Source of the DNA: Escherichia coli
GTDB lineage: Bacteria; Pseudomonadota; Gammaproteobacteria; Enterobacterales; Enterobacteriaceae
Strand: one strand, 5' to 3'
Length of the DNA stretch: 64,000 nt
Assembly: GCF_016026235.1 (NCBI RefSeq)
Contig: NZ_CP065613.1
Shown here: positions 23,620-34,702 of the stretch, piece by piece
Layout: each line of letters opens with the position of its first letter
How positions within the stretch are numbered: the stretch's first letter is position 1
Notes under the pieces: model-generated
Told to the model about the DNA's origin: nothing
Database searches by the model: none
Seen by the model: the letters and a program-made list of their open reading frames with translations, nothing else
Translations under genes and position numbers: made by a program

Positions 23620-25023
23620 TTATAACGTTACGGAAGCCGTTTTTTCTTCTGTCGCCATCTCTTTATTTTTGCGTTGGTTGATTTCCTCAATAATCAACGC
23701 AAACCGTTTTTCATTGAGTGTGTAAAAGAATCCCATCGTCAATGCAGCAATAATTGCCAGTGCACAAGGCCAGATAAAAATGAGCTGACGCAAACCCTGT
23801 AATGTCGCATCACTTTGCGCGATGTTGGGAACATAACCGATTTGCGTCAGCATAATGCCTGGCAAGAAGCCAGCAAGTGCGGCAGAAATTTTACGAAAGA
23901 AGGTATAACCGGTATAAACAGAACCTTCGGCACGAATACCGGTTTTCCATTCACCGTAATCTACGGTATCTGGCACCAGTGCCCAGTTCAGGCTGTTTAC
24001 AAAGGCCGTGCCAAAAAAGGCGATACAAGAGAACATGACGAAAGTGAAAGAGTTACTTCCCCAGAAATAATTCAGGATATCACCCACTGCCCATAGCACC
24101 ATGCCAGCTAAATAAACCTGTTTTTTACCAAAACATTTTACAGTTAATGGCACCAGTAATACGCCGATGAGGATGCATCCCATACTGAAGAATCCCATCC
24201 ACGACAATAAATTAATATCATTCAGCACATACTGGGTGTAATAGACCTGAATCGCCAGTTTGATATTAAATGCCGCCAGGGTACACAAGTTAGCAATGCA
24301 TAAAACCAGCAATGGCGGATTCCGAAATATCGCGCAAAATGATTTGAGAATACTGGCTTTATGTCCGGTTGGTGCTGTGTCCACATAATGCTCTTTGACG
24401 CCTCTGTAGCACAGCATCATAAAAATAAAGCCACCAATGGAGAACATCAGTGCCGCACAGGCATAACCGACGGTTGAGTCAGAAAAAAGCGACTGCAACG
24501 GAATAAACGCCACGGTACAAATCAATAGCCCTATGGTTGCACCACCCTGGCGGTAAGCCGCGAGCTGCGCGCGCTCATTCGGGTTTTTAGTAATGGCTGG
24601 GATCATCGCACCATACGAGCAGTTCATCAGACTGTATGAAAGTCCAAACATCATAAACAGCGCGGTGGCAATCGTCGTTTTAACCGGCAAACTAAAAGTG
24701 GTGGCGATAAACTGGAGCGTTGCAATTAACGCCGCCGGAACCGCTGCGTATAAAATAAAGGGACGAAATTTGCCTTTAGGCCCAATATTTTTCCGCGAAT
24801 CGAGTAAAAATCCGGTGAGCATATCGGTAAACGCGGTAAAAAACTTCGCCACCAGAAAGATAATCCCGCCATAGTAAGCTGGCATCCCTAATTCATCGGT
24901 ATAAAATTTGAGGAGATACAGAGTACCGATGCTAAGCATTAAATTCGAACCAACGTCGCCCATACCATAGGCGATTTTTTCCCGCAGATTCAGTTTTAAT
25001 GTCAGTGGATTATGGTCAGACAT
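23620..25023 (-). CDS. yihO: GPH-family sugar (sulfoquinovose) transporter YihO
   Basis: ORF 23620..25029; 12-TM Na+/melibiose-type permease; paralogous to adjacent yihP. Confidence 0.88.
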   Translation of the reverse strand: MSDHNPLTLKLNLREKIAYGMGDVGSNLMLSIGTLYLLKFYTDELGMPAYYGGIIFLVAKFFTAFTDMLTGFLLDSRKNIGPKGKFRPFILYAAVPAALIATLQFIATTFSLPVKTTIATALFMMFGLSYSLMNCSYGAMIPAITKNPNERAQLAAYRQGGATIGLLICTVAFIPLQSLFSDSTVGYACAALMFSIGGFIFMMLCYRGVKEHYVDTAPTGHKASILKSFCAIFRNPPLLVLCIANLCTLAAFNIKLAIQVYYTQYVLNDINLLSWMGFFSMGCILIGVLLVPLTVKCFGKKQVYLAGMVLWAVGDILNYFWGSNSFTFVMFSCIAFFGTAFVNSLNWALVPDTVDYGEWKTGIRAEGSVYTGYTFFRKISAALAGFLPGIMLTQIGYVPNIAQSDATLQGLRQLIFIWPCALAIIAALTMGFFYTLNEKRFALIIEEINQRKNKEMATEEKTASVTL

Positions 25024-25065
25024 AATCACTCCTTATAACGCCCCGCAGGGCATTGTTTATTATTA

Positions 25066-26451
25066 TTACGCCGTGCGTTTACGGGCTTCTATTTCTTCAA
25101 CAATGCGGACATACATCTTCTCGTTCAGGCTGTAGAAGCAGCCCATCGCCACAATGGTGACTACCGCCAGTGCGCTTGGGTAGATGAAGATCAGCTGGCG
25201 CAACCCTTCAATGGTGTGGTCAGCCTGCGCCACGTTCGGCACATAACCGATTTGCGTCAGCATCCAGCCGGGGAAGAAACCAGCCAGCGCCTGAGACACT
25301 TTGCGAAAGAAGGTGAAGCCGGTGTAGACCGTTCCTTCCGAACGAACGCCGGTACGCCACTCGCCGTACTCGACGGTGTCGGAAACCAGCGCCCAGTTCA
25401 GGCTGTTAACAAACGCTGAGCCGAAGAATGCCAGGCAGGAGAACGCCACGAAGCTGACCGAACCGCCGCCGAAGAAATAGTTGAGCAGATCGCCCAGCAC
25501 CCAAATCAGTAGGCCGCCGATATAGACCTTCTTCTTACCAAAACGCCTGACTGCGCCAGGCATCAGGAACACACCGATGAAAATACAGCCCATGCTGAAA
25601 AATCCCATATATGACAACAGGATGGGATCGTTAAGCACGTACTGGGTGTAATAGACCTGAATGGCGAGCTTGACGTTAAACGCCCCTAAAGTGCAGAGGT
25701 TGGCAATGCACAAAATGAACAGTGGGCGGTTACCGGCAATTGCGCGGAAAGATTGCAACAGGCCTGGCTTTTGCGCCGGATTGGTAGGTTGGGTTTCGAC
25801 ATAACGCTCTTTCACGCCCGAATAGCAGATCCACATAAACAGCAGGCCAAACAGTGAAAACAGCGTGGCGGCGAAGATATAGCCAAGTTGTTGATTACCC
25901 TCGATAAGATTCATAACCGGCACGAATCCCACCGTGCACAGCAGCAGGCCCAGCGTAGCGCCGCCCTGACGCCATGCTGCCAGCGAGGCGCGTTCGTTGG
26001 GGTTTTTGGTAATGGCGGGAACCATTGCGCCGTAGGAGCAGTTCATCATGCTGAAAAACAGCCCGTAGAGCATAAACAGAATAGTGGCCATCACCGTTTT
26101 ACCAGTGACATCGAACGGTGTGCCGATAAAGTTAGCGATTGCCAATAAGGTGACCGGGAATGACGCGTACAAAATGAAAGGGCGGAACTTACCTTTCGGG
26201 CCAATCTTACGCCGGGAATCCAGCATGATGCCGGTTCCCATATCGGTAAAGGCGGTAAAGAATTTCGAGATCAAAAAGATAATGCCGCCATAGGTGCCAG
26301 GTAGCCCCAGAACGTCGGTATAAAACTTCAAAAGATAAAGCGTACCAATATCCAGCAGGATGTTAGAGGCCAGATCGCCGATACCGTAAGAGAGTTTCTC
26401 TTTAAAGGGCAGGCGCAAAGTTGCCGGATCTTCCGTTGTGATGTGACTCAT
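25066..26451 (-). CDS. yihP: GPH-family transporter YihP
   Basis: ORF 25066..26484; strongly similar to YihO (e.g. IGTLYLLKFYTD, IGPKGKFRPFILYA); exact start uncertain. Confidence 0.85.
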   Translation of the reverse strand: MSHITTEDPATLRLPFKEKLSYGIGDLASNILLDIGTLYLLKFYTDVLGLPGTYGGIIFLISKFFTAFTDMGTGIMLDSRRKIGPKGKFRPFILYASFPVTLLAIANFIGTPFDVTGKTVMATILFMLYGLFFSMMNCSYGAMVPAITKNPNERASLAAWRQGGATLGLLLCTVGFVPVMNLIEGNQQLGYIFAATLFSLFGLLFMWICYSGVKERYVETQPTNPAQKPGLLQSFRAIAGNRPLFILCIANLCTLGAFNVKLAIQVYYTQYVLNDPILLSYMGFFSMGCIFIGVFLMPGAVRRFGKKKVYIGGLLIWVLGDLLNYFFGGGSVSFVAFSCLAFFGSAFVNSLNWALVSDTVEYGEWRTGVRSEGTVYTGFTFFRKVSQALAGFFPGWMLTQIGYVPNVAQADHTIEGLRQLIFIYPSALAVVTIVAMGCFYSLNEKMYVRIVEEIEARKRTA

Positions 26452-26496
26452 CGTTATTCTCCATTTGCCCGTGAGTTTCCCCACGGGCGGGCATGA

Positions 26497-28533
26497 TTAG
26501 ATGTTTTTTAACGAGGCGAACAGTGCAGCCCATTCGCTGTCGGCGCGATAAAAGACCGGCGGCTTGCCGATGGGCGCTTCAACAGTTATTTCTCCACCGT
26601 GGAAGGTTTCTCCGGTCCAGGCGTGGACCCAGTTATCCTCTGGCAGATAGAGCGTCCAGTCGCTACGACCTTCTTCGTGTACCGGAGCAACCAGAATGTC
26701 GCGACCTAACAGGTACTGATATTTCAGGGAATAGGTCTGCGCGTCGTCTTCGTAATGCAGGAACAGCGGGCGCATAACCGGCAGGCCGGACTTCGCATTC
26801 AGCGCGACGGCCTCTTTCAGGTAAGGTTTCAGGGTGGTGAAGACGGTGGTCATACGGGCGAAATGGGCGATGGTTTCCGCGTCGCCGTCAAACTGCCAGT
26901 TGTCGCTAGGACGGTTACCTTCGTGGGTGCGCATCATCGGCGTGAAGGCGCTGAAATCGCACCAGCGCAGCAGCAGCTCTTTGCTGCGCTTCATCTCAAA
27001 CAGGGTGGTATAACCGCCAATGTCGCTGTGATGCAGGCCATGTCCGGTCATTGCCAGAGATAGCGCCGCCGGGACAACCGACGCCAGGCCATCGTCCAGA
27101 CTCCAGTCCACGTTCTGGTCACCCGCCCACATCATGGTGGAGTATTTCTGGCTACCGGTAGAACCGGCGCGCATAAAGAAGAGGATCTCGCCGAGCTTGC
27201 CCGTTTCTTCAAGGGCTTCGTAGTTACATTTCGCCCACAGCGCGGGCCAGGCGTTATGCATAATTTCCGCGCTGATGCCGTTATGCAGGTACGTGTCGGT
27301 GGGCAGATACTCGCCGAAGTCAGCCATCCAGCCGCCGCAGCCGAGTTCAATCATGTTCTTTTTGATAACTTCCTTGAACTAGGCGTAGGCTTCCGGATTG
27401 GTGAGATCGACAACGCCGCCGTAGAACTCGCCAAACTCCACCAGATAGTCGCCACCGGCGACATCTTTTGCCAGATAACCGCGCTTTGCCGCCTCTTCGC
27501 AGAGATCTTTATCACTGGCAACATACGGGTTGATATAGGCAAGGAACTGCACGCCCTCTTTGTTCCACTGCTTGATACGCGAATCCAGTTGCGGGTAGTT
27601 TTCGCTGTTCCACTTCCAGTTCCACATCACGCGTTTGCCAAAAGAGGTCATACGAATACCGGACCAGTCCTGCGCCCAGATGCCGTTGACCTTCACGCCC
27701 GCGTTACGCATGGTGTCCAGTTTCTTCTGGCACACTTCCGTCCCGCCCTGAATGCCGAGCGTTACTCCGTCATAAATCCAGTCGGGCAGTTCTGGCTGGC
27801 GTCCCAGCAGGGCGGTTAATTTTTCCAGCAGGGAGATGTATGTGTCAGCACATTCAAAACGCAGCGTTGCTTTGTCTTCCCACAGCGCCAGTTCATGGTA
27901 TTCTGGGGCACTAAAGTCGAAGTTCATATAGCAACTGTTATCAACATGGCAGTAATACTTCTGCGTGCTGACAAACGTAGGCTGTGGGAAGAAAGTCCAG
28001 TAATAGTCGCCGCCCGCATTTTCTTTGCAGTCGGCCTGCCAGGTGACATAGGTTTGTTTGTTGCGACCAACGCCTTGTTCACTGGTCCATAGCGGGAACG
28101 GTTTGCCACGCAGATCGAAGTAGGAAAACTGTTCGCCGCAGCCGTAGATATGGTCCTCTGGTTGAGCGGCAAGGCGCAGCCAGATACGGTTGTGGTTAAG
28201 GTTGTCGTTTTGTAGTTCCAGCAATAAACGGCCCTGATCGTCGGCAGAGATATTCAGCGTGGCGCTAATGTCAGAACCACGGCTGAAATGGATTAACCAA
28301 CCATCCGGCGACTGGCTGACGATGGCGTCGGTAAGCGCAATTTTCTCCTGTAGTTTATCTTTAATGCTGAAATTGCCGCGGAACATATCGATATCCGCAA
28401 TACCTGAACCAATCCATAAACAAGGATTATCTTTGCTATGGGTTAAAATAAGACGCTGTTGAAAATGTAGGGTAAAACTGTCGTTATTCTGATGAAACTG
28501 AAAATCTGGTAATTGTGGGCGTGGCGTATCCAT
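26497..28533 (-). pseudogene. yihQ: sulfoquinovosidase yihQ (GH31 alpha-glucosidase family) interrupted by in-frame amber codon at 27379..27381
   Basis: two ORFs (27379..28533 and 26497..27354) lie in the same frame separated only by TAG; flanking translation ...LTNPEAYA*FKEVIKKNMIELG...; total length 678 codons equals intact YihQ. Confidence 0.8.
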
Positions 28534-28641
28534 AAATAATCTCCATAGAGTATAAAGCTAATATTTCATGCCATCCTGTTGTTACAGGTTTCATTAATTA
28601 AAGAATGTGGTGCTGGTATAAATTAAAACCCGCATAAGTGA

Positions 28642-29517
28642 TTATTTACTTTCTTCAGCCCGGCGGATTGCCGCCACTTTTTTACCAAATGCCAGTTGCA
28701 GTATAACTAACAAGGTAAAAGGAGGCAGAAGCGCGGCAGCAGCGGGAATTCCCAGCGCGCCTTTTATCAACATAGAACCGGAGGCAATCAGCAACAAAAA
28801 GACCATCACACGGAACACTTTGACTGAAATGCGTTTATGCACATATTGTCCAACCAGTGAACCGAGGATCATGGTGGGAATACAAAACAGCACCAGTTTA
28901 AAGATAGAAACAGTCAAAATTCCGCTGGTCGCCAGCCCGCCGATCACCGCGATGTTGTTTGCGGTGAAGAAAGCGTTCAGAGTGCCACGAAATGCCGCCG
29001 GGCCTAAGTTACGCAGCATACCGTAGATAACCATCGGCGGTCCGTTGGTTGAAAACGCTGCCCCTAACGCTCCTGCCACAGCGCCGATAGGTGCGGCGAT
29101 CCAGTTGCGGTCATAAATCGGCAGGCGTGGAATAAACATACTGTAAAAGGAGTACAGGATAAGGAATCCGCCTAAGCCCACTTTCATAAAATGGTCGGGT
29201 AAATATGACAGCGCATATAAACCGACGGGTATTCCCAGAAACGAGAAAATAATCAGTACCATTGCCGATCGCCAATCCGTTTCTTTACGTGACAGCCAGG
29301 TGGCGTACAAGGCGGTCGCGGTGCCGACAATCACCGAGAGCGGAGTTGCCATTTTTACGGGGAGCATTAACGTGACGAGCGGCATGGTGGTTAAACCACC
29401 GCCAAATCCCGCGCATATCCCCACAAAGGTATAAAGAAACATTAACGCGATAACGATACATACCACGTTTGTTTCCAGCATGACCCCATCCGGTGAAAAT
29501 AACGTAAAAAAGTCCAT
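28642..29517 (-). CDS. TauE/SafE-family (DUF81) membrane permease, putative sulfonate/sulfite-type anion exporter
   Basis: 291-aa polytopic ORF with glycine-rich motifs typical of TauE family (GFGGGLTT, GAVAGALGAAF); lies between yihQ and yihR. Confidence 0.7.
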   Translation of the reverse strand: MDFFTLFSPDGVMLETNVVCIVIALMFLYTFVGICAGFGGGLTTMPLVTLMLPVKMATPLSVIVGTATALYATWLSRKETDWRSAMVLIIFSFLGIPVGLYALSYLPDHFMKVGLGGFLILYSFYSMFIPRLPIYDRNWIAAPIGAVAGALGAAFSTNGPPMVIYGMLRNLGPAAFRGTLNAFFTANNIAVIGGLATSGILTVSIFKLVLFCIPTMILGSLVGQYVHKRISVKVFRVMVFLLLIASGSMLIKGALGIPAAAALLPPFTLLVILQLAFGKKVAAIRRAEESK

Positions 29518-29577
29518 GATATTCCCTGTTGTGTAAATACAACCCTAAACAATGATCTCGTTCTTTTCTTAATAAAA

Positions 29578-30480
29578 TTAATTGTGCTGCCCGTAAATAT
29601 TAAAAAACAGGCGGTGCGTTTTCCCTGGTTCCAGTAATAATAAGTCGAGACCTGAATTAAAGGCGTTAGGTGGGCAACTCATAGGTTCAACTGCCAGTCC
29701 CTGACGCTGTAATTTTTCGCCGCTATAAATCTGCACCCAGGGTTGATCGGAACAAAGGCTTACCGAAAGCGCCTGTTGTGGATGGGTAATGGTTATTTCC
29801 CACAGATCATTAGCGGTTTTAAAGGTGTGGTCGATTTTTGTCGCGGCTATTTTTTTCGCCTGCGTGAAATTTAAATCCAGCTCATCAACGTGGTGAAGCG
29901 TTGTCGGATTAGCGTGCTCATCGACGGCATAAACCTGGTTTGCCGGAAGCTGGAACAGATATTCATCAACAGATGTTAAGTTGCAGGTTAAATAAGGATG
30001 AATACCCACACCATAGGGTGCGGTCACAGTACCAATATTCTGACTTGCGATCTCAACGGAAAGACCCGTGCGTGCATTGAGCGAATAAACAACCTGCGAA
30101 GCCAGCATAAACGGATAGCCGTAACTGGGCGGCAGAAAAGCTGTCAGGGTAACGCTGGTGGCGGTTAATTCGCTGATTTGCCAGTCACGCCAGGCGAGCA
30201 GCCCATGAATAGCGGCTTTTGAACCATGTTCATTAATGGGTAACTGATATTCCTGCCCCTGATAGCGATAACAGCCGTTGGCGATCCGGTTCGGCCACGG
30301 AATAAGGACTTTGCCCAGATGTGCCAGCGGCATCTCTTCGGGTTTATGCGGAATAACTAAATGACAGCCCTGAAAGGTTAATTCAGCCAGACCTGCACCG
30401 ACGGTCACAATGGTCGCGTGATAATCCCCCGCGGCAAGTGAAACGGTCTGTCCACTGCAATGCATGTTGGTGATTTGCAT
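29578..30480 (-). CDS. yihR: aldose-1-epimerase family protein YihR (sulfoquinovose mutarotase)
   Basis: 300-aa ORF, galactose-mutarotase-like; synteny. Confidence 0.85.
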   Translation of the reverse strand: MQITNMHCSGQTVSLAAGDYHATIVTVGAGLAELTFQGCHLVIPHKPEEMPLAHLGKVLIPWPNRIANGCYRYQGQEYQLPINEHGSKAAIHGLLAWRDWQISELTATSVTLTAFLPPSYGYPFMLASQVVYSLNARTGLSVEIASQNIGTVTAPYGVGIHPYLTCNLTSVDEYLFQLPANQVYAVDEHANPTTLHHVDELDLNFTQAKKIAATKIDHTFKTANDLWEITITHPQQALSVSLCSDQPWVQIYSGEKLQRQGLAVEPMSCPPNAFNSGLDLLLLEPGKTHRLFFNIYGQHN

Positions 30481-30548
30481 ACGAGGTACCTTTATTGAAT
30501 AACGACATACCCGGCGTGCAGCCTGATATGTCGTTTTTTGTTAGTCAG

Positions 30549-31790
30549 TTATTTCGCGTTAATATCCAGCAGACCCGCCGCAACTGCCGGAGCCAAGCCT
30601 GGCGCTAACGGGATACGCGGGATCACCAGGCAATGCAGCAGGTGATAAATATCCTGTTTGCCGTCCCAGACTTTGGTGGTGACCTTATTGTCCGCATCCA
30701 GCTCCTGCCACCAGGAACCATTTTCATAGTCCATCAGGTACTTAATGCAGTACTCCCACCATGTTTGATACCAGGTTTCATACTGGCGATCGCCAGTGAC
30801 GGTGTAGAGCGCGTAGGCCGTACCCATTGCTTCGACGATAGGCCAACGTACACGTTCGCGGACCACCGGTTTTCCTTCCCAGTCAACGGTATAAACAATC
30901 CCGTCCGCGCCATCGGGTGCCCAGGCATCGCGCACGGTGGCGTTAAACAGACCTTTGGCATCTTCTAGCAGCCATGCTGGTGGTTGTTCGCAACGGGCTT
31001 CCAGGGCAGCATGGATGTGCAGCATTAAACGGCCCCATTCGATCCAGTGGCCTGGTGTACCTCCGAACGCGCGGAAGCGATGCGCCGGGTTATCTTTGTT
31101 GTAATCCGGCAGCGGATTCCACTGGGTATCGAAGTGTTCGTTAACGCGATAATGATTATTTCTGGCGACGTCGTGGATAATCACGGAAGCCACGCGAATC
31201 GCGCGATCCAGCCATTTTTTGTCGTGAGTGACGTCATAAACAATCAAGAAAGCTTCCACCGCGTGCATATTGGCATTGCCGCCGCGGTACTCTTCGGTTT
31301 TGCTGAAGGCTTCGTCCCAGGATTCCAGGCACATCTGCTCTTCTTCGCTCCAGAAATATTTCTCGATAATTTCAATGGTGTAATCGAGCAGCTTGCGCGC
31401 TTCCGGGTGACCCGTTGTGACGGCGCTGGCGGCACCCAGCAGAGCAAAGAAGTGTTGATAGCCCTGTTTGGAGGCATCCACCACGCCCTCGTCATTCACG
31501 CAGGCATACCAGCCGCCATATTTTTTATCACGCAGTGCGCCGTTCATGGCTTTGATACCGTGATCAACCAACGAGTAAGCGCCAGGTCGACCCATCGCCG
31601 CAGCAACGGAATAAACGTGCAACATACGAGCGGTGATCCACAGATGGGTGCCCATCTCTTCTTTGATTTGCCCTTTATTGCCTAACCAGCCAAAACCAGT
31701 CGGCACTACGGAATTTTTACCAAAATCAAAGATGCGGTCGGTTTCCTGTTCCAGCCAACGGTTGTGGCTTAGGGTGTTAAACCATTTCAT
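30549..31790 (-). CDS. yihS: sulfoquinovose isomerase YihS (N-acyl-glucosamine 2-epimerase fold)
   Basis: ORF 30549..31805; start approximate. Confidence 0.88.
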   Translation of the reverse strand: MKWFNTLSHNRWLEQETDRIFDFGKNSVVPTGFGWLGNKGQIKEEMGTHLWITARMLHVYSVAAAMGRPGAYSLVDHGIKAMNGALRDKKYGGWYACVNDEGVVDASKQGYQHFFALLGAASAVTTGHPEARKLLDYTIEIIEKYFWSEEEQMCLESWDEAFSKTEEYRGGNANMHAVEAFLIVYDVTHDKKWLDRAIRVASVIIHDVARNNHYRVNEHFDTQWNPLPDYNKDNPAHRFRAFGGTPGHWIEWGRLMLHIHAALEARCEQPPAWLLEDAKGLFNATVRDAWAPDGADGIVYTVDWEGKPVVRERVRWPIVEAMGTAYALYTVTGDRQYETWYQTWWEYCIKYLMDYENGSWWQELDADNKVTTKVWDGKQDIYHLLHCLVIPRIPLAPGLAPAVAAGLLDINAK

Positions 31791-31806
31791 TCCTTTTATC
31801 CTCATC

Positions 31807-32685
31807 TTAGCGGCGTTTAGCCATCATTTCGTCGACGATATCGCCAAGTTGTTGTAATTTCGGTGCGCAAACGTCACGCAGCATCAGCTCGTTGTCTGGT
31901 AAACCGACGACCGATGCCCAGACTGCACGGCCTGCCAGGAATCCCGATGCGCCCGCCGTCATTGCCACGCGTACGGCACGCGGGAACAGTTTTTCGTCGA
32001 CACCGGAAGAGAGGATCACCCATGGCATATTGATATGGTCATTCAGACGTTGTGAAGCACAGAGAAGCTCTTGTTGCGAACCTTTGCCATAAAGCGGCAT
32101 TTCAACTTTGTAGAGGTCAGCGCCACTGTCGCCCAGCTCTTTGGCGGCATCGATGATCGCTTGTTCGCGATCGAATTTATCGCCACGACGCGGTGGGCGG
32201 ACGACTGGCTCAATGATGCTTACCAGACCGTGTGAGTGGCACAGTTCGTTGAACTCTCTCACCATATCCAGACGTTGCTGCGCATCTTCATCACTACGCC
32301 ACAGCACCAGCAGTTTTAAGGCTTTGCCACCGTCTTGTTTGATCTGTAGCGGATTGATTTTGCGGTCAATAACCACGCTATCGACCGGAATACCGTTGCC
32401 AGGAATGAACTCATCGGCGGCGACAATCATGGCGCAACTTTTGGCAATCGCGTTTTGCTCAACCACCTGGCGGTAGCAGAATTGTTGATCTACCAGAATC
32501 GCCGAGGCATAAGGCGAGAGGGCCTTTGCAGCGTTAACTTTGAAATCAGTTAAAACGCTATCGGCTACCGGAGCGGGTGCCCCAGCCGCGGCAAACATCA
32601 TGCGCATGGCTTCGCGCTGATCGACCGCCAGCATGGCAAAACCGCCCGATGCGCGCGTAATGTCGTTGATGGTGTACTTACTCAT
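31807..32685 (-). CDS. yihT: 6-deoxy-6-sulfofructose-1-phosphate aldolase YihT
   Basis: 292-aa ORF, class I aldolase (tagatose-bisphosphate aldolase-like). Confidence 0.88.
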   Translation of the reverse strand: MSKYTINDITRASGGFAMLAVDQREAMRMMFAAAGAPAPVADSVLTDFKVNAAKALSPYASAILVDQQFCYRQVVEQNAIAKSCAMIVAADEFIPGNGIPVDSVVIDRKINPLQIKQDGGKALKLLVLWRSDEDAQQRLDMVREFNELCHSHGLVSIIEPVVRPPRRGDKFDREQAIIDAAKELGDSGADLYKVEMPLYGKGSQQELLCASQRLNDHINMPWVILSSGVDEKLFPRAVRVAMTAGASGFLAGRAVWASVVGLPDNELMLRDVCAPKLQQLGDIVDEMMAKRR

Positions 32686-32708
32686 TCATTTATTCCTTTA
32701 TCCAGTCG

Positions 32709-33605
32709 TTACATTTTTACTTTGGCAGTCATCCCGGCACTGACACGGACCTGTTCCAGAATGGCGGACCAGTCCTGGCGACCGCGACCCGCTGCGCGCG
32801 CCTGGCTATAAACCTCCCGTGAGGCGGCCCCCAGCGGCATTGGCACATGCAGCTGGTTGGCGACATCAAGGGCGATGCCAAGATCCTTATGGGCAAGATC
32901 GATCATGAAGGCGGGAGAAAGATCTCCGCTGAGGACTTTGTTTGGCCAGGAAGTGGTGAAGTGACCTTTACCGGCGGCGGTACCGCTCATCACTTTGACG
33001 GCAACATCGAAGGGAAGATTCAGGGCTTCGCACAAAACGGCGGCTTCTGCCGAAAGCGCATTGAGCGCGATGCTCATGTAGTTGTTGATGAGCTTAACGC
33101 GGATCCCCATGCCCGGACCGCCAGCGTTGATCAACTCACTGCCCATCGCCATCAGGATCGGTGTGGCACGTTCAACTTGTTCAGCGGTGCCGCCAGCCAG
33201 CAGTAACAGAGTACCGGTAATGGCATTTGCAGAAGTACGGCCTACCGGAACATCCATCATGCTGAAGCCTTTGGCTTGCATATCGGCAATCAATTTATCG
33301 GTTTGCAGCGGATGGATGGTGGACATATCAATGACCAGCGCATCGGTAGATAAGCCTTCGCAAACGCCGTTTTCACCGAACAACACGTTGCGCACCAGAT
33401 CGCCATTCGGCAACATGGTAATGATAAATTCGGCATCTTTAGCGGCCTGCGCCGGGTTGGCGGCGGGAGTCGCACCTTTGTCTACCAGATGCCGCACAGC
33501 TTCGGCGTTCACATCAAAGACGCGAAGTTGATGCCCTTGCTGCAATAAATTGCTCGCCATTGGCGAACCCATTTGTCCTAAACCGATAAACGCGATTGCT
33601 GCCAT
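32709..33605 (-). CDS. yihU: 3-sulfolactaldehyde reductase YihU (3-hydroxyisobutyrate dehydrogenase family)
   Basis: 298-aa ORF with N-terminal Rossmann motif [10 protein letters not shown]. Confidence 0.9.
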   Translation of the reverse strand: MAAIAFIGLGQMGSPMASNLLQQGHQLRVFDVNAEAVRHLVDKGATPAANPAQAAKDAEFIITMLPNGDLVRNVLFGENGVCEGLSTDALVIDMSTIHPLQTDKLIADMQAKGFSMMDVPVGRTSANAITGTLLLLAGGTAEQVERATPILMAMGSELINAGGPGMGIRVKLINNYMSIALNALSAEAAVLCEALNLPFDVAVKVMSGTAAGKGHFTTSWPNKVLSGDLSPAFMIDLAHKDLGIALDVANQLHVPMPLGAASREVYSQARAAGRGRQDWSAILEQVRVSAGMTAKVKM

Positions 33606-33772
33606 AACCCTCTCCTGAATACAGTGATGTCACTTTTTGTCATTTATGACATGCTTTTCTTGTCTGTTTTTGATCGTATTTGTAATTTATCGTCAAAAAA
33701 TTGACAGCCGTCACTTTTTAAACAATTGGTGAAATTAAAATGAACGCATCCCAAAATGTTTAAGGAATGACC

Positions 33773-34669
33773 ATGATTCGTGTTGCTTGTGTAGGTATAA
33801 CCGTGATGGATCGCATCTATTACGTGGAAGGGTTACCGACGGAGAGCGGTAAATACGTGGCGAGAAATTATACGGAAGTTGGTGGCGGGCCAGCGGCGAC
33901 GGCAGCGGTTGCGGCGGCAAGGCTGGGGGCGCAGGTCGATTTTATTGGTCGCGTAGGTGATGACGACACGGGCAACAGCCTGCTGGCAGAGCTGGAATCC
34001 TGGGGCGTTAACACCCGTTACACCAAACGGTATAACCAGGCGAAATCTTCGCAATCCGCCATCATGGTGGATACCAAAGGCGAGCGGATAATCATTAACT
34101 ACCCCAGCCCGGATCTGCTGCCTGACGCAGAGTGGTTGGAGGAAATTGATTTCTCTCAGTGGGATGTTGTGCTGGCAGATGTACGCTGGCACGACGGCGC
34201 TAAAAAAGCCTTCACCCTGGCCCGTCAGGCGGGTGTGATGACCGTTCTGGACGGGGACATTACGCCGCAGGATATCAGTGAGCTGGTGGCATTAAGCGAT
34301 CACGCGGCCTTTTCAGAACCGGGTCTGGCGCGCTTAACGGGCGTGAAAGAGATGGCCAGTGCGCTAAAACAGGCACAAACGCTCACAAATGGTCATGTCT
34401 ATGTGACCCAGGGTAGCGCAGGCTGCGACTGGCTGGAAAATGGTGGGCGTCAGCATCAACCGGCCTTCAAAGTTGATGTGGTAGATACCACAGGTGCGGG
34501 TGATGTTTTTCACGGCGCTTTGGCGGTGGCGCTGGCAACAAGTGGGGATTTAGCGGAGTCAGTCCGCTTCGCCAGCGGTGTAGCGGCGTTAAAATGCACA
34601 CGCCCCGGTGGACGAGCCGGGATCCCTGACTGTGATCAAACCCGATCTTTTTTGTCACTTTTTGTATAA
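33773..34669 (+). CDS. yihV: 6-deoxy-6-sulfofructose kinase YihV (PfkB/ribokinase family)
   Basis: ORF 33767..34669; PfkB signatures (DTTGAGDVFHGA). Confidence 0.9.
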   Translation: MIRVACVGITVMDRIYYVEGLPTESGKYVARNYTEVGGGPAATAAVAAARLGAQVDFIGRVGDDDTGNSLLAELESWGVNTRYTKRYNQAKSSQSAIMVDTKGERIIINYPSPDLLPDAEWLEEIDFSQWDVVLADVRWHDGAKKAFTLARQAGVMTVLDGDITPQDISELVALSDHAAFSEPGLARLTGVKEMASALKQAQTLTNGHVYVTQGSAGCDWLENGGRQHQPAFKVDVVDTTGAGDVFHGALAVALATSGDLAESVRFASGVAALKCTRPGGRAGIPDCDQTRSFLSLFV

Positions 34670-34702
34670 AATGCCAGGGTGATGGTATTTCGAGGAATTT
34701 TC

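Noticed and set aside
27352-27381. yihQ interruption considered as a frameshift
   Set aside because: Both halves are in the same frame and separated by a single TAG codon, so it is a nonsense substitution (or base-call error), not an indel
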